DNA from: a bacterium
Lineage (GTDB): Bacteria; Zhuqueibacterota; Zhuqueibacteria; Oceanimicrobiales; Oceanimicrobiaceae
Length of the DNA stretch: 33,986 bases
Assembly: GCA_037446635.1 (NCBI GenBank)
Contig: JBBIIG010000041.1
Span: 1 to 33,986 of the forward strand
Direction: 5' to 3'
The notes beneath the pieces are model-generated. The model was not told the origin of the DNA. It did not search any database and saw only the letters and a program-made list of their open reading frames with translations. Both the position numbers and the translations under genes were made by a program. Shown piece after piece: positions 9,586-19,352 of the stretch (positions are counted from its first letter, which is position 1; each line of letters begins with the position of its first letter).

Positions 9586-9619
9586 CTTTATAATTGTTCA
9601 CAATATATTTGTTCGCAAA

Positions 9620-9648
9620 AATATAACTGTTGCTCGAAAGTTTGTCAA
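9620..9648 (-). promoter_or_regulatory. sigma70-type promoter for the AlkZ-like gene
   Basis: Minus strand TTGACA-17 nt-TATATT. Confidence 0.6.
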
Positions 9649-9849
9649 TGAATTTCATCTCCGCAAGCCCGCAGCAATGAAGCTATAAGTAGATCGTTTT
9701 CTGCCCTAATGATTCTCTTTTTCCCGTCGAAAATATTATCATAAAACATTAAAAAAACCTTGTTTTTGTTAAATAATTTTTGCAAAATTGCACTTACTTT
9801 TTAGCGAACCGGGTTCGCTTACGGAAAAGGTTAAAGGAAGAGGTAGGTT

Positions 9850-10818
9850 ATGTTCATCGCATGGTCGCTGTGGGTTCTCTCGGTTCTGCTTTCGCCTCCA
9901 CCAATTGGCAATCCCTATCCGCCGGCGCTGCCCATCTCGATTCCCGACGCACAAATCCGCCCCCTGCGCGAACTGGTTGATGCCGGCTTGCAAAAAAGAT
10001 TGGAGGGGCAATTGCATCGCAACCGTTTATGGTCGCGGTTGTTGGCCGCCAAAAAAATGGCGGTGGGTATCGTTGACCTCTCCGACCCGTATCATGTGAA
10101 ATTTGCCCGCGTCAACGGCGACGAGATGATGTACGCCGCCAGCCTGCCCAAACTGGCAATTCTACTGGCCGCGGCCCAGGCGTTGGAAGATGGCCGGCTG
10201 CCAGAATCAGAAGAAATTTTGAATGACATGCGAATTATGATCAGCCGCTCCGATAACGAGGCGGCTACCCGAATGATGGATCGCGTGGGATTTTCAAACA
10301 TCGTTGCCGTTCTCATCGACCCGCGCTACGAGCTTTACGACACCCAACGCGGCGGGCTGTGGGTTGGCAAGCGCTACGCCAAAACCAGCAAACGTTACCC
10401 TGACCCGCTCATGGGGCTAAGCCACGCCGCCAGCGTCACTCAGGTGTGCCGATTCTATTATTTGCTGGCAATGGGAAAATTAGTGAGCGCAGAACGCAGC
10501 CGGCAAATGCTGGATATGCTCTGCAATCCGGAGCTGCATCACAAGTTTGTGAACGCCCTGGATGTGATTGCGCCGGAGGCCAAAGTCTATCGCAAGTCCG
10601 GAACCTGGAGGATTTGGCATTCCGATTCGGCGTTAGTGTGGGGCCCGGGCGGGCGCCAGTATATCGTGGCCGCGCTCATCGAAGATTCCCGGGGCGAGCA
10701 GATCTTGCGCGACTTGATCCCGGCGATTGAAACCGTTCTCAAATCCCAATCAAAACGTCAGCCAAAAACAGCAGCGCAGGCCAGCATCGCTCCGCTGGAG
10801 GGATTTTTCCAAAAGTAA
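9850..10818 (+). CDS. Serine hydrolase, class A beta-lactamase-like / PBP fold
   Basis: SxxK (ASLPK), SDN and KSG motifs; N-terminal signal-like segment; GAGG RBS. Confidence 0.82.
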   Translation: MFIAWSLWVLSVLLSPPPIGNPYPPALPISIPDAQIRPLRELVDAGLQKRLEGQLHRNRLWSRLLAAKKMAVGIVDLSDPYHVKFARVNGDEMMYAASLPKLAILLAAAQALEDGRLPESEEILNDMRIMISRSDNEAATRMMDRVGFSNIVAVLIDPRYELYDTQRGGLWVGKRYAKTSKRYPDPLMGLSHAASVTQVCRFYYLLAMGKLVSAERSRQMLDMLCNPELHHKFVNALDVIAPEAKVYRKSGTWRIWHSDSALVWGPGGRQYIVAALIEDSRGEQILRDLIPAIETVLKSQSKRQPKTAAQASIAPLEGFFQK

Positions 10819-10867
10819 AATTCCAGCGCAATTCTGCTGACCAGTCTCTAACAACTTCGATGTAATT

Positions 10868-13744
10868 ATGGCTATTCTTCGGCCCGTGGCGAGATTCTTT
10901 CGCCGGGCGTTTGACATTCGGGAGGGCGAAGGGCTCAGGACGACGTTGATGCTGTTTTACATCTTCCTGGTCATCTCCTCTTTGATGATTGTCAAACCGG
11001 TTTGCAACGCGTTATTCCTCTCCAAATTTGGGGCAGCGCGCCTGCCCTACGTGTTCGTGTTGGTGGCGCTGTTTGCCGCCGCCGGCTCCACCTTCTATTT
11101 CAAGCTCCTCAAGAAAACCCGGCTCAATCGTTTCATCATCCGCACCTTCCAAATTTTATTGTCCTCGCTGTTGATGTTTTGGGTTTTGCTCTATTTCGAT
11201 TATCTCGAGGGTTGGCCGCTCTATCTTTTTTACATCTGGGTAGCGGGTTTCGCGCTGGTGGCGACTTCGCAGTTCTGGCTTTTGGCCAATCTCATTTTCA
11301 ACGCCCGCGAAGCCAAGCGCCTGTTCGGGCTCATTGGCGCGGGCGCCATCGCCGGCGGAATTTTTGGCGGCTACCTCACCAAGTTCCTCGCCCCGATTCT
11401 CGGCAGCGAAAACCTGCTGCTGGTTTGCATAGGCTGCCTTTCTCTTTGCATTCCCATCACCAAAACCGTTTGGAAAGACGTGCGCGACGACAGCGACGAT
11501 CACTTGGAGCAGGAACAGATCGAAAGCATGCTCAGCCATCCGCTGCGCACGGTGCGCAACTCGCGGCACCTGACCTACCTCGCCAGTCTGGTGGGCATCA
11601 GCGTGGTGGCGGCGAAATTCGTGGAATACCAGTTCGGCGCCATCGCTTCGGTGAACATCCCCAACGACGACGAGCTCACCGCTTTTTACGGCTTTTGGCT
11701 GTCCAACATCAACATCGCCTCGCTGATCATCCAACTCTTTGTCACCCATCGCATTGTGAACATGTTGGGGGTGGGAGTTTCGATTTTTCTTTTGCCGGTG
11801 GGAATACTCATCGGCTCGTTTTCGGTGATGCTGGCGCCCTCGCTCACCAGCGCGGTCATTTTAAAAATGATCGACGGCAGCCTGAAGCAATCCATCAACA
11901 AAGCCGGCATCGAGCTGTTGGCGCTGCCCATTGCCGCCAAGATCAAAAATCAGGCAAAGGCTTTCATCGACGTTTTTGTGGACAGCTTCGCCACCGGCGT
12001 CGGCGGCTTGCTGCTGATCGCGTTGACTCTCGCCTTAGGCTACTCAGTGCGCGAAATCAGCGTCATCACCATCCTCCTGCTCGGCCTGTGGATTTATTTG
12101 GCCAACGGGGTCCGCCACGAATACATTCGATCCTTCCGGGAAAAGATCACCAGTCCGGCGGCGCCCGCTTCCATGCCGATTATCGATACCGCCAACGAAT
12201 CCATTTTGGGCGGTCTCATCGAAGTTTTGCAGGGCGACAATGAAAAAGAAATTCTGCGCGTTTTGAAAATTGTGAAAGAAATCCGCAACGATCGCCTGAT
12301 CCCGTGCCTGCTCCGGCTTTTGCATCACCGCTCCACTGCCATCCGCCTCGAAGCGCTGCGCAATATTTATTATTATAAAGACGCGGACTTCACCTCCGAA
12401 ATGCAGGAGATGGTTTACGACAAAAATTTGGAAATCAAAACCGAAGCCTTTCATTATCTTTTTCAGCATTCGCTGGACAATCGCGTCGAGCTGCTGCAAA
12501 CCTATTTGCAGCACGAGGACTACAGCATTCGCGGAGCGGCTCTGCTGTGCGCCGCCCGCGAAAGCCGCAACAATAAAAAATTGAAAAAAGCGTTTCAAAT
12601 TAAAGAGGCGGTCACCGAAACCATCAATCGCTTGGGAGAAATTGCCAGCGCCGAGCAATTGAAATTCACGAAGATTAACTGCATCAAAGTTATCGGCGCC
12701 GCCAATATCCCGGAACTTTACCCCTACCTGCACATCTTTTTGAATGACCAGTCGCAGGAAGTGCTGCAGACGGCCATCATCAGCGCTGGCCGGAGCCGCA
12801 ACAAAGAATTTCTGCCGGTGCTGATTCGTTACCTCGGCAACCGGGCGCTGGCCAAATACGCCCACGAGGCGTTGATCTGCTACGGTCCGGAAGTGATCAT
12901 CGATATGCTGAGCTACTATTTGGAAAATCCCAACGAAGAGAAGAACATTCGTCTGCGCATTCCGCAAGTAATCTCCTCCATCGGCGCGCAGAAGTCGGTG
13001 AACATTCTCATGCTCAATCTCGATCATTCCGATCTCGCGCTGCGTTTTGAAGTCATCCGCGCCCTCAACGGCCTGCGTGCCCGCTTCCCGATTCTTAAAT
13101 TTGACGAGCATCGGATTGTCGCGCAGATTTTGGACGAAACGAAATCTTACATTCATACGCTGGCTATTCTCAGTACTCAGACGAACGGCGATCATCCCGC
13201 CGCCTCTGGCGCGGCGTTGAACGGCAAACCGGCGCACGAGGCGCAGCAACTGTTTTTGAAGGCGCTGGAAAGCCGATTGGACAACAACCTCGAGCGCATT
13301 TTCCGTCTGCTGGGTTTGAAATATTCCCCGGACGATATTTACACCGCCTACCAGGGCATCAAAAGTCCGAACCCGGACGCGCGCGTCAACGCGCTGGAAT
13401 TTTTGGATAACGTTTTGGAGAAAAAGCTTAAAAAGCGCATCATCCCAATTATCGAGCGCACCCTCGCCCACTCCCTCACCGAGCGCGTGCTCAATCAATT
13501 TGGCGTAAAAATCCCCACCGAATTCGACGGTATGTTGGAGGTGCTCACCGGAGAGGACAACTGGCTGAAGGCCTACGCCCTCTACGTCATCGGCCAGGCG
13601 CACGATACCAAGTTCGTGCCGCACATCTGCGGGCTTATCAACCACCCGGACGCGATGGTCAAAAAATTTGCCGGCTACGCGCTAACGAAAATGGGTATCC
13701 TCGAAATGAGCAACGGCCACCGGGAAAAACCGCAGCCGCTCTGA
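10868..13744 (+). CDS. TLC/Npt1-Npt2-family (ATP/ADP translocase-like MFS) transporter with C-terminal HEAT repeats
   Basis: About 12 TM segments with 'QFWLLANLIFNAREAKRLFGLIGAGAIAGGIFGG' and 'AKAFIDVFVD', then HEAT-like helices and 'LERIFRLLGLKY...NALEFLDN'. Confidence 0.85.
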   Translation: MAILRPVARFFRRAFDIREGEGLRTTLMLFYIFLVISSLMIVKPVCNALFLSKFGAARLPYVFVLVALFAAAGSTFYFKLLKKTRLNRFIIRTFQILLSSLLMFWVLLYFDYLEGWPLYLFYIWVAGFALVATSQFWLLANLIFNAREAKRLFGLIGAGAIAGGIFGGYLTKFLAPILGSENLLLVCIGCLSLCIPITKTVWKDVRDDSDDHLEQEQIESMLSHPLRTVRNSRHLTYLASLVGISVVAAKFVEYQFGAIASVNIPNDDELTAFYGFWLSNINIASLIIQLFVTHRIVNMLGVGVSIFLLPVGILIGSFSVMLAPSLTSAVILKMIDGSLKQSINKAGIELLALPIAAKIKNQAKAFIDVFVDSFATGVGGLLLIALTLALGYSVREISVITILLLGLWIYLANGVRHEYIRSFREKITSPAAPASMPIIDTANESILGGLIEVLQGDNEKEILRVLKIVKEIRNDRLIPCLLRLLHHRSTAIRLEALRNIYYYKDADFTSEMQEMVYDKNLEIKTEAFHYLFQHSLDNRVELLQTYLQHEDYSIRGAALLCAARESRNNKKLKKAFQIKEAVTETINRLGEIASAEQLKFTKINCIKVIGAANIPELYPYLHIFLNDQSQEVLQTAIISAGRSRNKEFLPVLIRYLGNRALAKYAHEALICYGPEVIIDMLSYYLENPNEEKNIRLRIPQVISSIGAQKSVNILMLNLDHSDLALRFEVIRALNGLRARFPILKFDEHRIVAQILDETKSYIHTLAILSTQTNGDHPAASGAALNGKPAHEAQQLFLKALESRLDNNLERIFRLLGLKYSPDDIYTAYQGIKSPNPDARVNALEFLDNVLEKKLKKRIIPIIERTLAHSLTERVLNQFGVKIPTEFDGMLEVLTGEDNWLKAYALYVIGQAHDTKFVPHICGLINHPDAMVKKFAGYALTKMGILEMSNGHREKPQPL

Positions 13745-13814
13745 GCACACTGAAAGGCACAGAATAGCTTCTTTGAAGAAGCTCCAATTGAAATTTATTA
13801 AAAGTTCTCGCTCC

Positions 13815-13880
13815 CTTTCGGGGTTGCTTTTCCGCGGAAGCGGATCCGCTGCCGCGGAAAAGCGGATCGGCTCTGCCGAA
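13815..13880 (-). repeat. Dispersed palindromic 'GCCGATCCGCTT' element, copy A
   Basis: The reverse complement TTCGGCAGAGCCGATCCGCTTTTCCGCGGCAGCGGATCCGCTTCCGCGGAAAAGCAACCCCGAAAG is nearly identical to 21940-22009. Confidence 0.8.
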
Positions 13881-14163
13881 AATGGCAGAAACGTTTTAAA
13901 AATCTGGAGTGCATTGACTGGTGTCAATGCTGCGGCGGCGCAGTCGCCGTACCCCCATAGAAAGTTTCCTAAGAGTTCTCGCAGCCCTTTTGAAGTTGTT
14001 TTTCCGCGATGTGACACTCATTAAATTCCACTTCGCCTTTCATGTAGTTCGTGGTTTTATATTCTTTCCTGCCTGCCTGCCTCGCTAAATCCACAAAATA
14101 AAAATTGCAAAATTAAGCGTTGATATGTAATTTGAGGGTGGACGAACGAGAGGGAATTTTTGT

Positions 14164-14565
14164 ATGAACAAGAAGGTTATCTCAACCAAAGAGGCGCCGC
14201 AGGCCATTGGGCCGTATTCGCAGGCCATTCAAGCCGGAGAGTTTTTGTTTGTCTCCGGACAGATTGCGATCGATCCCGCGAGCGGCAGCTTGGAGAGCGG
14301 CGACATTCGCAGTCAAACCCGGCGGGTGCTGGAAAACATTAATGCAATTTTAAGCGCCGCCGGCAGCTCGCTGGAGGCGGTGGTTAAAACCACGATTTTC
14401 TTAAAAAGTATGACCGACTTCAGCGCCGTCAATGAGATTTATGGCGGCTATTTCCAGGAAAACCGGCCAGCGCGCGCCACAGTGGAAGTTTCGTCGCTGC
14501 CAAAGGGCGCCGCCGTCGAGATCGATGCCATTGCTTACATCGGCAAAAAGCAGGCATCAAATTGA
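14164..14565 (+). CDS. ridA: RidA/YjgF reactive intermediate deaminase
   Basis: '[12 protein letters not shown]', 'SGQI', 'VVKTTIFL', '[23 protein letters not shown]'. Confidence 0.93.
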   Translation: MNKKVISTKEAPQAIGPYSQAIQAGEFLFVSGQIAIDPASGSLESGDIRSQTRRVLENINAILSAAGSSLEAVVKTTIFLKSMTDFSAVNEIYGGYFQENRPARATVEVSSLPKGAAVEIDAIAYIGKKQASN

Positions 14566-14620
14566 TTGTGTTGACACTCATTTTTTTGTATATTTAGCGA
14601 GTTTATTTTTCGAGGGTTTG

Positions 14621-15400
14621 ATGCCTTTCGCTTTTGTCTTTCGCCTTTTGGGGAAACGGGTCATTCACTTTTTTTATCACCTCGGCTGCTTCGGCGATAT
14701 GCTTTGGCAAACCCTGCGGGCGTTGAGCGACGTGCGCACCTATTCAGGCCTGGTCGCGGAGCAAATGATGCGCATCGGCGTGAAATCGATCCCGGTGGTG
14801 ATTTATATCGCCGCCTTTGCCGGCATGGTGACCTCCATTCAAAGCTCCGAAAACTTCACCGAGTTCGTCCCGCCCTATCTCATCGGCATGGTAGTTGAAA
14901 AGGGTGTGCTGCGGGAATTATCGGCGGTGCTCACCGCGCTGGTCTTGGCCGGGCGGGTGGGCGCTTCGATTGCTGCGGAGTTAGGAACGATGCGCGTTAC
15001 CGAACAAATTGATGCGCTGGAAACCCTCGCTTTCAACCCCGTTTCTTATCTGGTGGTGCCGCGGGTTTTAGCTGGCACACTGATGTTCCCCATTCTAACC
15101 ATTTTTGCGGCCTTCGTTGGGGTGATCGCCGGCTGGCTTACCTCGATTATGCTGATCAACGTCAGTACTTTTGAATTTTTCAAAGGCGCGAAGATGTATT
15201 TTGTGGACAAAGATGTGATTCTGCCGATGGGCAAGTCGGTGCTGTTTGGCGCGGCCATCACTTTGGTGGCATGCTATCAGGGTTTTAACTCGAAAGGCGG
15301 GGCGGAGGGCGTCGGCTCGGCGGCCACCAACGCAGCCGTCATTTCCTGTTTGATGATTCTGTTTTTGGACTTTTTGCTGGCCGCCTTGATTTTATTTTAA
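14621..15400 (+). CDS. mlaE: MlaE-family ABC permease
   Basis: 'RELSAVLTALVLAGRVGASIAAELGTMRVTEQIDALE' and 'GGAEGVG'. Start reassigned to ATG 14621. Confidence 0.9.
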   Translation: MPFAFVFRLLGKRVIHFFYHLGCFGDMLWQTLRALSDVRTYSGLVAEQMMRIGVKSIPVVIYIAAFAGMVTSIQSSENFTEFVPPYLIGMVVEKGVLRELSAVLTALVLAGRVGASIAAELGTMRVTEQIDALETLAFNPVSYLVVPRVLAGTLMFPILTIFAAFVGVIAGWLTSIMLINVSTFEFFKGAKMYFVDKDVILPMGKSVLFGAAITLVACYQGFNSKGGAEGVGSAATNAAVISCLMILFLDFLLAALILF

Positions 15401-15449
15401 ACTTTATGAGACTTTTTTAGTAATTAGATGGGCAATCTTCTGTGAGATC

Positions 15450-16241
15450 ATGGAAAACGGCAATAACCATAACAACAAAGTCGTGGAAATTTATGACCTG
15501 CACAAAACCTTTGAAGACAACCACGTGCTGCGCGGCGTCAATTTGTCGATTGGGAAAGGCCGCACCACGGCCATCATCGGCAGCAGCGGCAGCGGCAAAA
15601 GCGTGCTGTTAAAACATATCATGGGGTTAATCAAGCCCGACTCCGGATGTGTGTATATCAAAGGAACGTGTATCACCGACTTATCCTATGAGCAATTGAA
15701 AGAGGCGCGCAAAAAAATGGCGATGGTGTTTCAAGGCGCCGCGCTGTTCGATTCGATGTCGGTGAGTGAAAACGTCAGCGTTGGTTTGTATAAGCACACG
15801 AATTTGAGCCCAGGGGAGATTAAAGATAAAGTGAGTTTTTGTCTGGAACAAGTTGGATTGTCCGGAATCGAAGATTTGTATCCGGCAGAATTGAGCGGCG
15901 GCATGAAGAAGCGGGTGGCCATTGCGCGCGCCATTGCCATGGAACCGGAAATTCTGCTTTATGATGAACCCACCACCGGGCTGGATCCCATTCGCGCCAA
16001 CTCCATCAACGAGCTGATCGGCAATTTGCAAAACAAATTAGATGTAACTTCGATCGTAGTTACGCACGACATGAACAGCGTGGAGCGGGTGGCCGATTTT
16101 GTGGCGTTCCTGTACAATGGCGTCATTCACTTCGAGGGCACGGTTGAGGAACTCGAACACTCAGACGACGCCGTGCTGCGCAACTTCGTCGAGGGCATCG
16201 ATGAGCCGGCCAAAGCCCCGGCCCTAAGCTTAGGAGTTTAG
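15450..16241 (+). CDS. mlaF: MlaF-family ABC ATPase
   Basis: Walker A GSSGSGKS, LSGGMKKRVAIARA and YDEPTTGLDP; lies between mlaE and mlaD. Confidence 0.9.
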   Translation: MENGNNHNNKVVEIYDLHKTFEDNHVLRGVNLSIGKGRTTAIIGSSGSGKSVLLKHIMGLIKPDSGCVYIKGTCITDLSYEQLKEARKKMAMVFQGAALFDSMSVSENVSVGLYKHTNLSPGEIKDKVSFCLEQVGLSGIEDLYPAELSGGMKKRVAIARAIAMEPEILLYDEPTTGLDPIRANSINELIGNLQNKLDVTSIVVTHDMNSVERVADFVAFLYNGVIHFEGTVEELEHSDDAVLRNFVEGIDEPAKAPALSLGV

Positions 16242-16243
16242 CC

Positions 16244-17146
16244 ATGAGAAAAATTGGTTCAGAGATCATAGTTGGAATAGCGATTTTCTCGGCTTTTGTG
16301 ATTTTCGTTTTTGGATATTTATACTTGAAAAACGTAACCTTCAAGGCCAACCGCTATTCCGTTGCTATTCATTTTCGAGATGTAACCGGGCTTGAAAAAG
16401 GCGATTTCGTCAGTGTCTCCGGGCTGCGAATCGGGCGGGTGCAGAATTTACGGCTGGAAAAGCTCTCCGTGGTCGTGGACGTCAACATCGATCCCGGCAT
16501 CGAAATTCCCATTGATTCGCGCGCTCAAATAAAAAGCCTGGGCATGGTCGGCGAAAAATTTATCGATATCATCCCCGGCGTTGCCGAGCAAATCCTCCAA
16601 GACGGCGACGCCATCGAAGGCCATAATTCCGGCGATCTTTCCGACCTCAGCGGCACCATGGAAACCCTCTTTCAGCAAGCCCAACAGTTGCTCGACGAGC
16701 TGCGAACCGTGCTGCACACGGTTTTCGACAACGCCACCCAACGCCATTTGAAAGAAACCGTTTTCCACTTAAGAAATATATCCTCCGACCTCGACGATAA
16801 CTCCGGACACATTGAAAAGATTCTGGCCAACATGGATGGCATTTCCAATAATTTGAACGAAATACTGAGCGAGCGCCGTGAAAAAGTCGAATCGTCCATC
16901 GATAACATTCATCGCGCATCGACGCGCTTCGAGGAGATGACCAATAAGTTAGACTCGTCGTTGACCAGCGTCCAGACGCTGCTGACGAAAATTGAAAATC
17001 AGGAAGGCACCATCGGCAAAGTCATCAACCGCGATGAAATGTACAACGACCTGCGGCATCTCACCGCCCAGCTCGACACGCTGGTGCAAGACCTGAAAAA
17101 GCGCCCACAAAAGTATTTGAATCTTGGCTTCATAAAGGTTTTCTAA
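16244..17146 (+). CDS. mlaD: MlaD/MCE-domain protein
   Basis: N-terminal TM; MCE motif 'F.DV.GL..G..V..SG..IGRV' and 'GMVGEKFIDI.PG'; helical tail 'EGTIGKVINRDEMY'. Confidence 0.88.
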   Translation: MRKIGSEIIVGIAIFSAFVIFVFGYLYLKNVTFKANRYSVAIHFRDVTGLEKGDFVSVSGLRIGRVQNLRLEKLSVVVDVNIDPGIEIPIDSRAQIKSLGMVGEKFIDIIPGVAEQILQDGDAIEGHNSGDLSDLSGTMETLFQQAQQLLDELRTVLHTVFDNATQRHLKETVFHLRNISSDLDDNSGHIEKILANMDGISNNLNEILSERREKVESSIDNIHRASTRFEEMTNKLDSSLTSVQTLLTKIENQEGTIGKVINRDEMYNDLRHLTAQLDTLVQDLKKRPQKYLNLGFIKVF

Positions 17147-17277
17147 CCGTGCGCTCCTTTGCGTTTTCTTAGCGAAATGTATCCAATTGGGAAAATTTTT
17201 GTTGGCCGGAACATTCTGCTTGTTTGGCGTTATTTTTTTCTATATATTGAAACGCGAGTTTTAAGAATTTTGATTTT

Positions 17278-17440
17278 ATGATGGGGCAGTTTTAATAATT
17301 CGATACCGATTCCGACGCCGACTACGATTCCGAGCTTCGCTTTTTGGCCGGGTCTCACACGGAAACTCACACAAGTCAAGAGCGGATTCTCTTACGGAGC
17401 CACGTACGACTACGATTCTGGACATTAGAACTGCCCCTCA
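17278..17440. mobile_element. MITE-like element with terminal inverted repeats
   Basis: Left end GGGGCAGTTTTAAT and right end ATTAGAACTGCCCC (13/14 inverted match, extended by TGA/TCA). About 160 bp, no ORF. Confidence 0.6.
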
Positions 17441-17580
17441 TTTTTGAGAGAGCGTTCTTATCCTTCGCAGGCAATACTTTTCCCATAAATGTTCGCACCC
17501 CTCGTTAATACATTCAGCGCGCAACTAACTTTTTGTCCAAAACGTAAGTACTTTCAAAATTTTTTGTCGCTGAGTAATCC

Positions 17581-18498
17581 ATGTTAGCCTTTGAAACCTC
17601 CAAATTAACCAAACGATTCAGCCGAAAAAAAATTACCGCCTTGAACGAGGTTTCGCTTTCCGTTGAAAGCGGAATTATTTTTGGCCTTTTAGGGCCCAAC
17701 GGCGCCGGCAAAACCACCCTCATCAAAATACTGTTAGGCATTTTGTATCCTTCATCCGGAACGGCAACGGTGATGGGGCGCCCCATCAATGACGTCACCG
17801 TCAAAGAAAAAATTGGCTATCTCCCTGAAAACCACAATTACCCGGATTTTTTGACTGGCGGCGACATGCTCGATTTCTACGCGCAACTCACGGGCGTTGA
17901 CAAAAAGCGCCGCGCGGCAACCAAGGCACGGCTTTTGGAATTAGTGGAGATGAGCGAGTGGCAGCACACTCGCATAAAAAAATATTCCAAAGGCATGCGC
18001 CAGCGGCTTGGCTTGGCGCAGGCCATGATCAACGATCCGCAACTGCTGTTTTTAGACGAACCCACCGACGGCGTCGATCCCATCGGGCGAAAACACATTC
18101 GCGATATTTTGGTGCATTTGAAGGAACAGGGCAAAACAATTTTTCTCAACTCGCATCTGCTCTCGGAAGTGGAGCTGATTTGCGATCAAGTGGCGATTTT
18201 GGACAAGGGCCGTTTGGTTCATTCCGGCACGGTTGCGGACCTAACTTCACCGACAAAAACTTATCGCTTCGAAACCTCAAAGTTACCTGACGAGATTGTC
18301 CACGGCATCAAACCCTTTACCCACAAAATGGAGCAGCAAAACAGCTCGCTGCAAGTGACCGTTTCCAGCTTGAAAAAGCTCAATGCAATTATCGACTACC
18401 TTCGCCAAAATCATATCGATATCAAAGCGATTACGCCGCATAAACACAGTCTCGAAGAAAGCTTCATCGAAATCCTCAAGAAAGAAGTTGAGACTTAA
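17581..18498 (+). CDS. ABC-2 type exporter ATP-binding protein
   Basis: GPNGAGKT, YSKGMRQRLGLAQA, LDEPTDGVDP and NSHLLSE. Confidence 0.92.
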   Translation: MLAFETSKLTKRFSRKKITALNEVSLSVESGIIFGLLGPNGAGKTTLIKILLGILYPSSGTATVMGRPINDVTVKEKIGYLPENHNYPDFLTGGDMLDFYAQLTGVDKKRRAATKARLLELVEMSEWQHTRIKKYSKGMRQRLGLAQAMINDPQLLFLDEPTDGVDPIGRKHIRDILVHLKEQGKTIFLNSHLLSEVELICDQVAILDKGRLVHSGTVADLTSPTKTYRFETSKLPDEIVHGIKPFTHKMEQQNSSLQVTVSSLKKLNAIIDYLRQNHIDIKAITPHKHSLEESFIEILKKEVET

Positions 18499-19338
18499 AT
18501 GAAAGCTTTTCGCAAAATCGCGGCGATTTTGACGTTGACGTTTCGCGAGTCATTGGCCCGCAAAACCTTTATCGCCTTTTTCATCCTTTCGACGCTTCTG
18601 CATCTATTTTTGATTTTCGCTTTAGACGTGAGTGCCATCGATGGCGCCATGACCATGCTGAGCGTTTTCGGCAGCGAGCTTAACGCCTTTGATAAAATCG
18701 ACTTCCAAAAAATAATTACCGACATTCAGTCCGGCATCGCATTTCTGGCTTTTTTCGGCGGCATCATTTTGTCGCTGTTTGCAACCGCCAACCTGATTCC
18801 CAACATGCTGGAGCGCGGCAGCATCGAATTGCTGATCTCGAAACCGCTGTCGCGCCCGGTGATTTTCCTCGTCCGTTTTGTCGGCGCCCAAATCATTGTC
18901 GCGCTCAATGTAACCTATCTCATCGCCGGCTCCTGGCTGATTTTGTCGCTGAAAACCGGCCTCTGGCACTGGCCTTACTTGTACTCCATTGCCATGGTGA
19001 TTGCAACGTTTGCGATGTTGTACGCGCTGGTATCGCTGGTGGGGGTGACCACGCGCAGCGCCAGCGTCTCCATCATGGTAGCTTATATCGCAATTCTGCT
19101 TAGCACCTTGCTGGTTCAAAAAGACGAAATCTACGCCTTTCTTTCCGGCAAAGTTTATTATTACCTTCTCGAGGCGTTGTACCAGGTTTTACCCAAGACC
19201 TCCGAATTGAGCCTGATCAATTACGCGCTCGTCAAGGGGCAACCGGTCGAAACCTGGACCGCCCTCTGGACATCCGTTTTAGCCGCGGCGGCCATGCTGT
19301 CGGCGGCGATTTTCATTTTCACCAAAAAAGACTTTTAA
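18499..19338 (+). CDS. ABC-2 type exporter permease
   Basis: About 6 TM segments, 'ERGSIELLISKPLSR', C-terminal 'FTKKDF'; abuts the ATPase. Confidence 0.88.
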   Translation: MKAFRKIAAILTLTFRESLARKTFIAFFILSTLLHLFLIFALDVSAIDGAMTMLSVFGSELNAFDKIDFQKIITDIQSGIAFLAFFGGIILSLFATANLIPNMLERGSIELLISKPLSRPVIFLVRFVGAQIIVALNVTYLIAGSWLILSLKTGLWHWPYLYSIAMVIATFAMLYALVSLVGVTTRSASVSIMVAYIAILLSTLLVQKDEIYAFLSGKVYYYLLEALYQVLPKTSELSLINYALVKGQPVETWTALWTSVLAAAAMLSAAIFIFTKKDF

Positions 19339-19352
19339 CAATGGAGGCGTAA

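Noticed and set aside
9850..10818. Bona fide beta-lactam resistance gene
   Set aside because: SxxK, SDN and KSG are present, but no class A Glu166 (ExxLN) motif is recognisable. Resistance cannot be claimed from the sequence.
11002..13645. Long alternative ORFs 11002..12243 (+) and 12044..13645 (-)
   Set aside because: They are shadow frames of the TLC-HEAT gene in GC-rich DNA, with no recognisable motifs.
13682..14024. ORFs 13773..14024 (+) and 13682..14017 (-)
   Set aside because: They span a palindromic repeat, lack an RBS or motifs, and are probably spurious.
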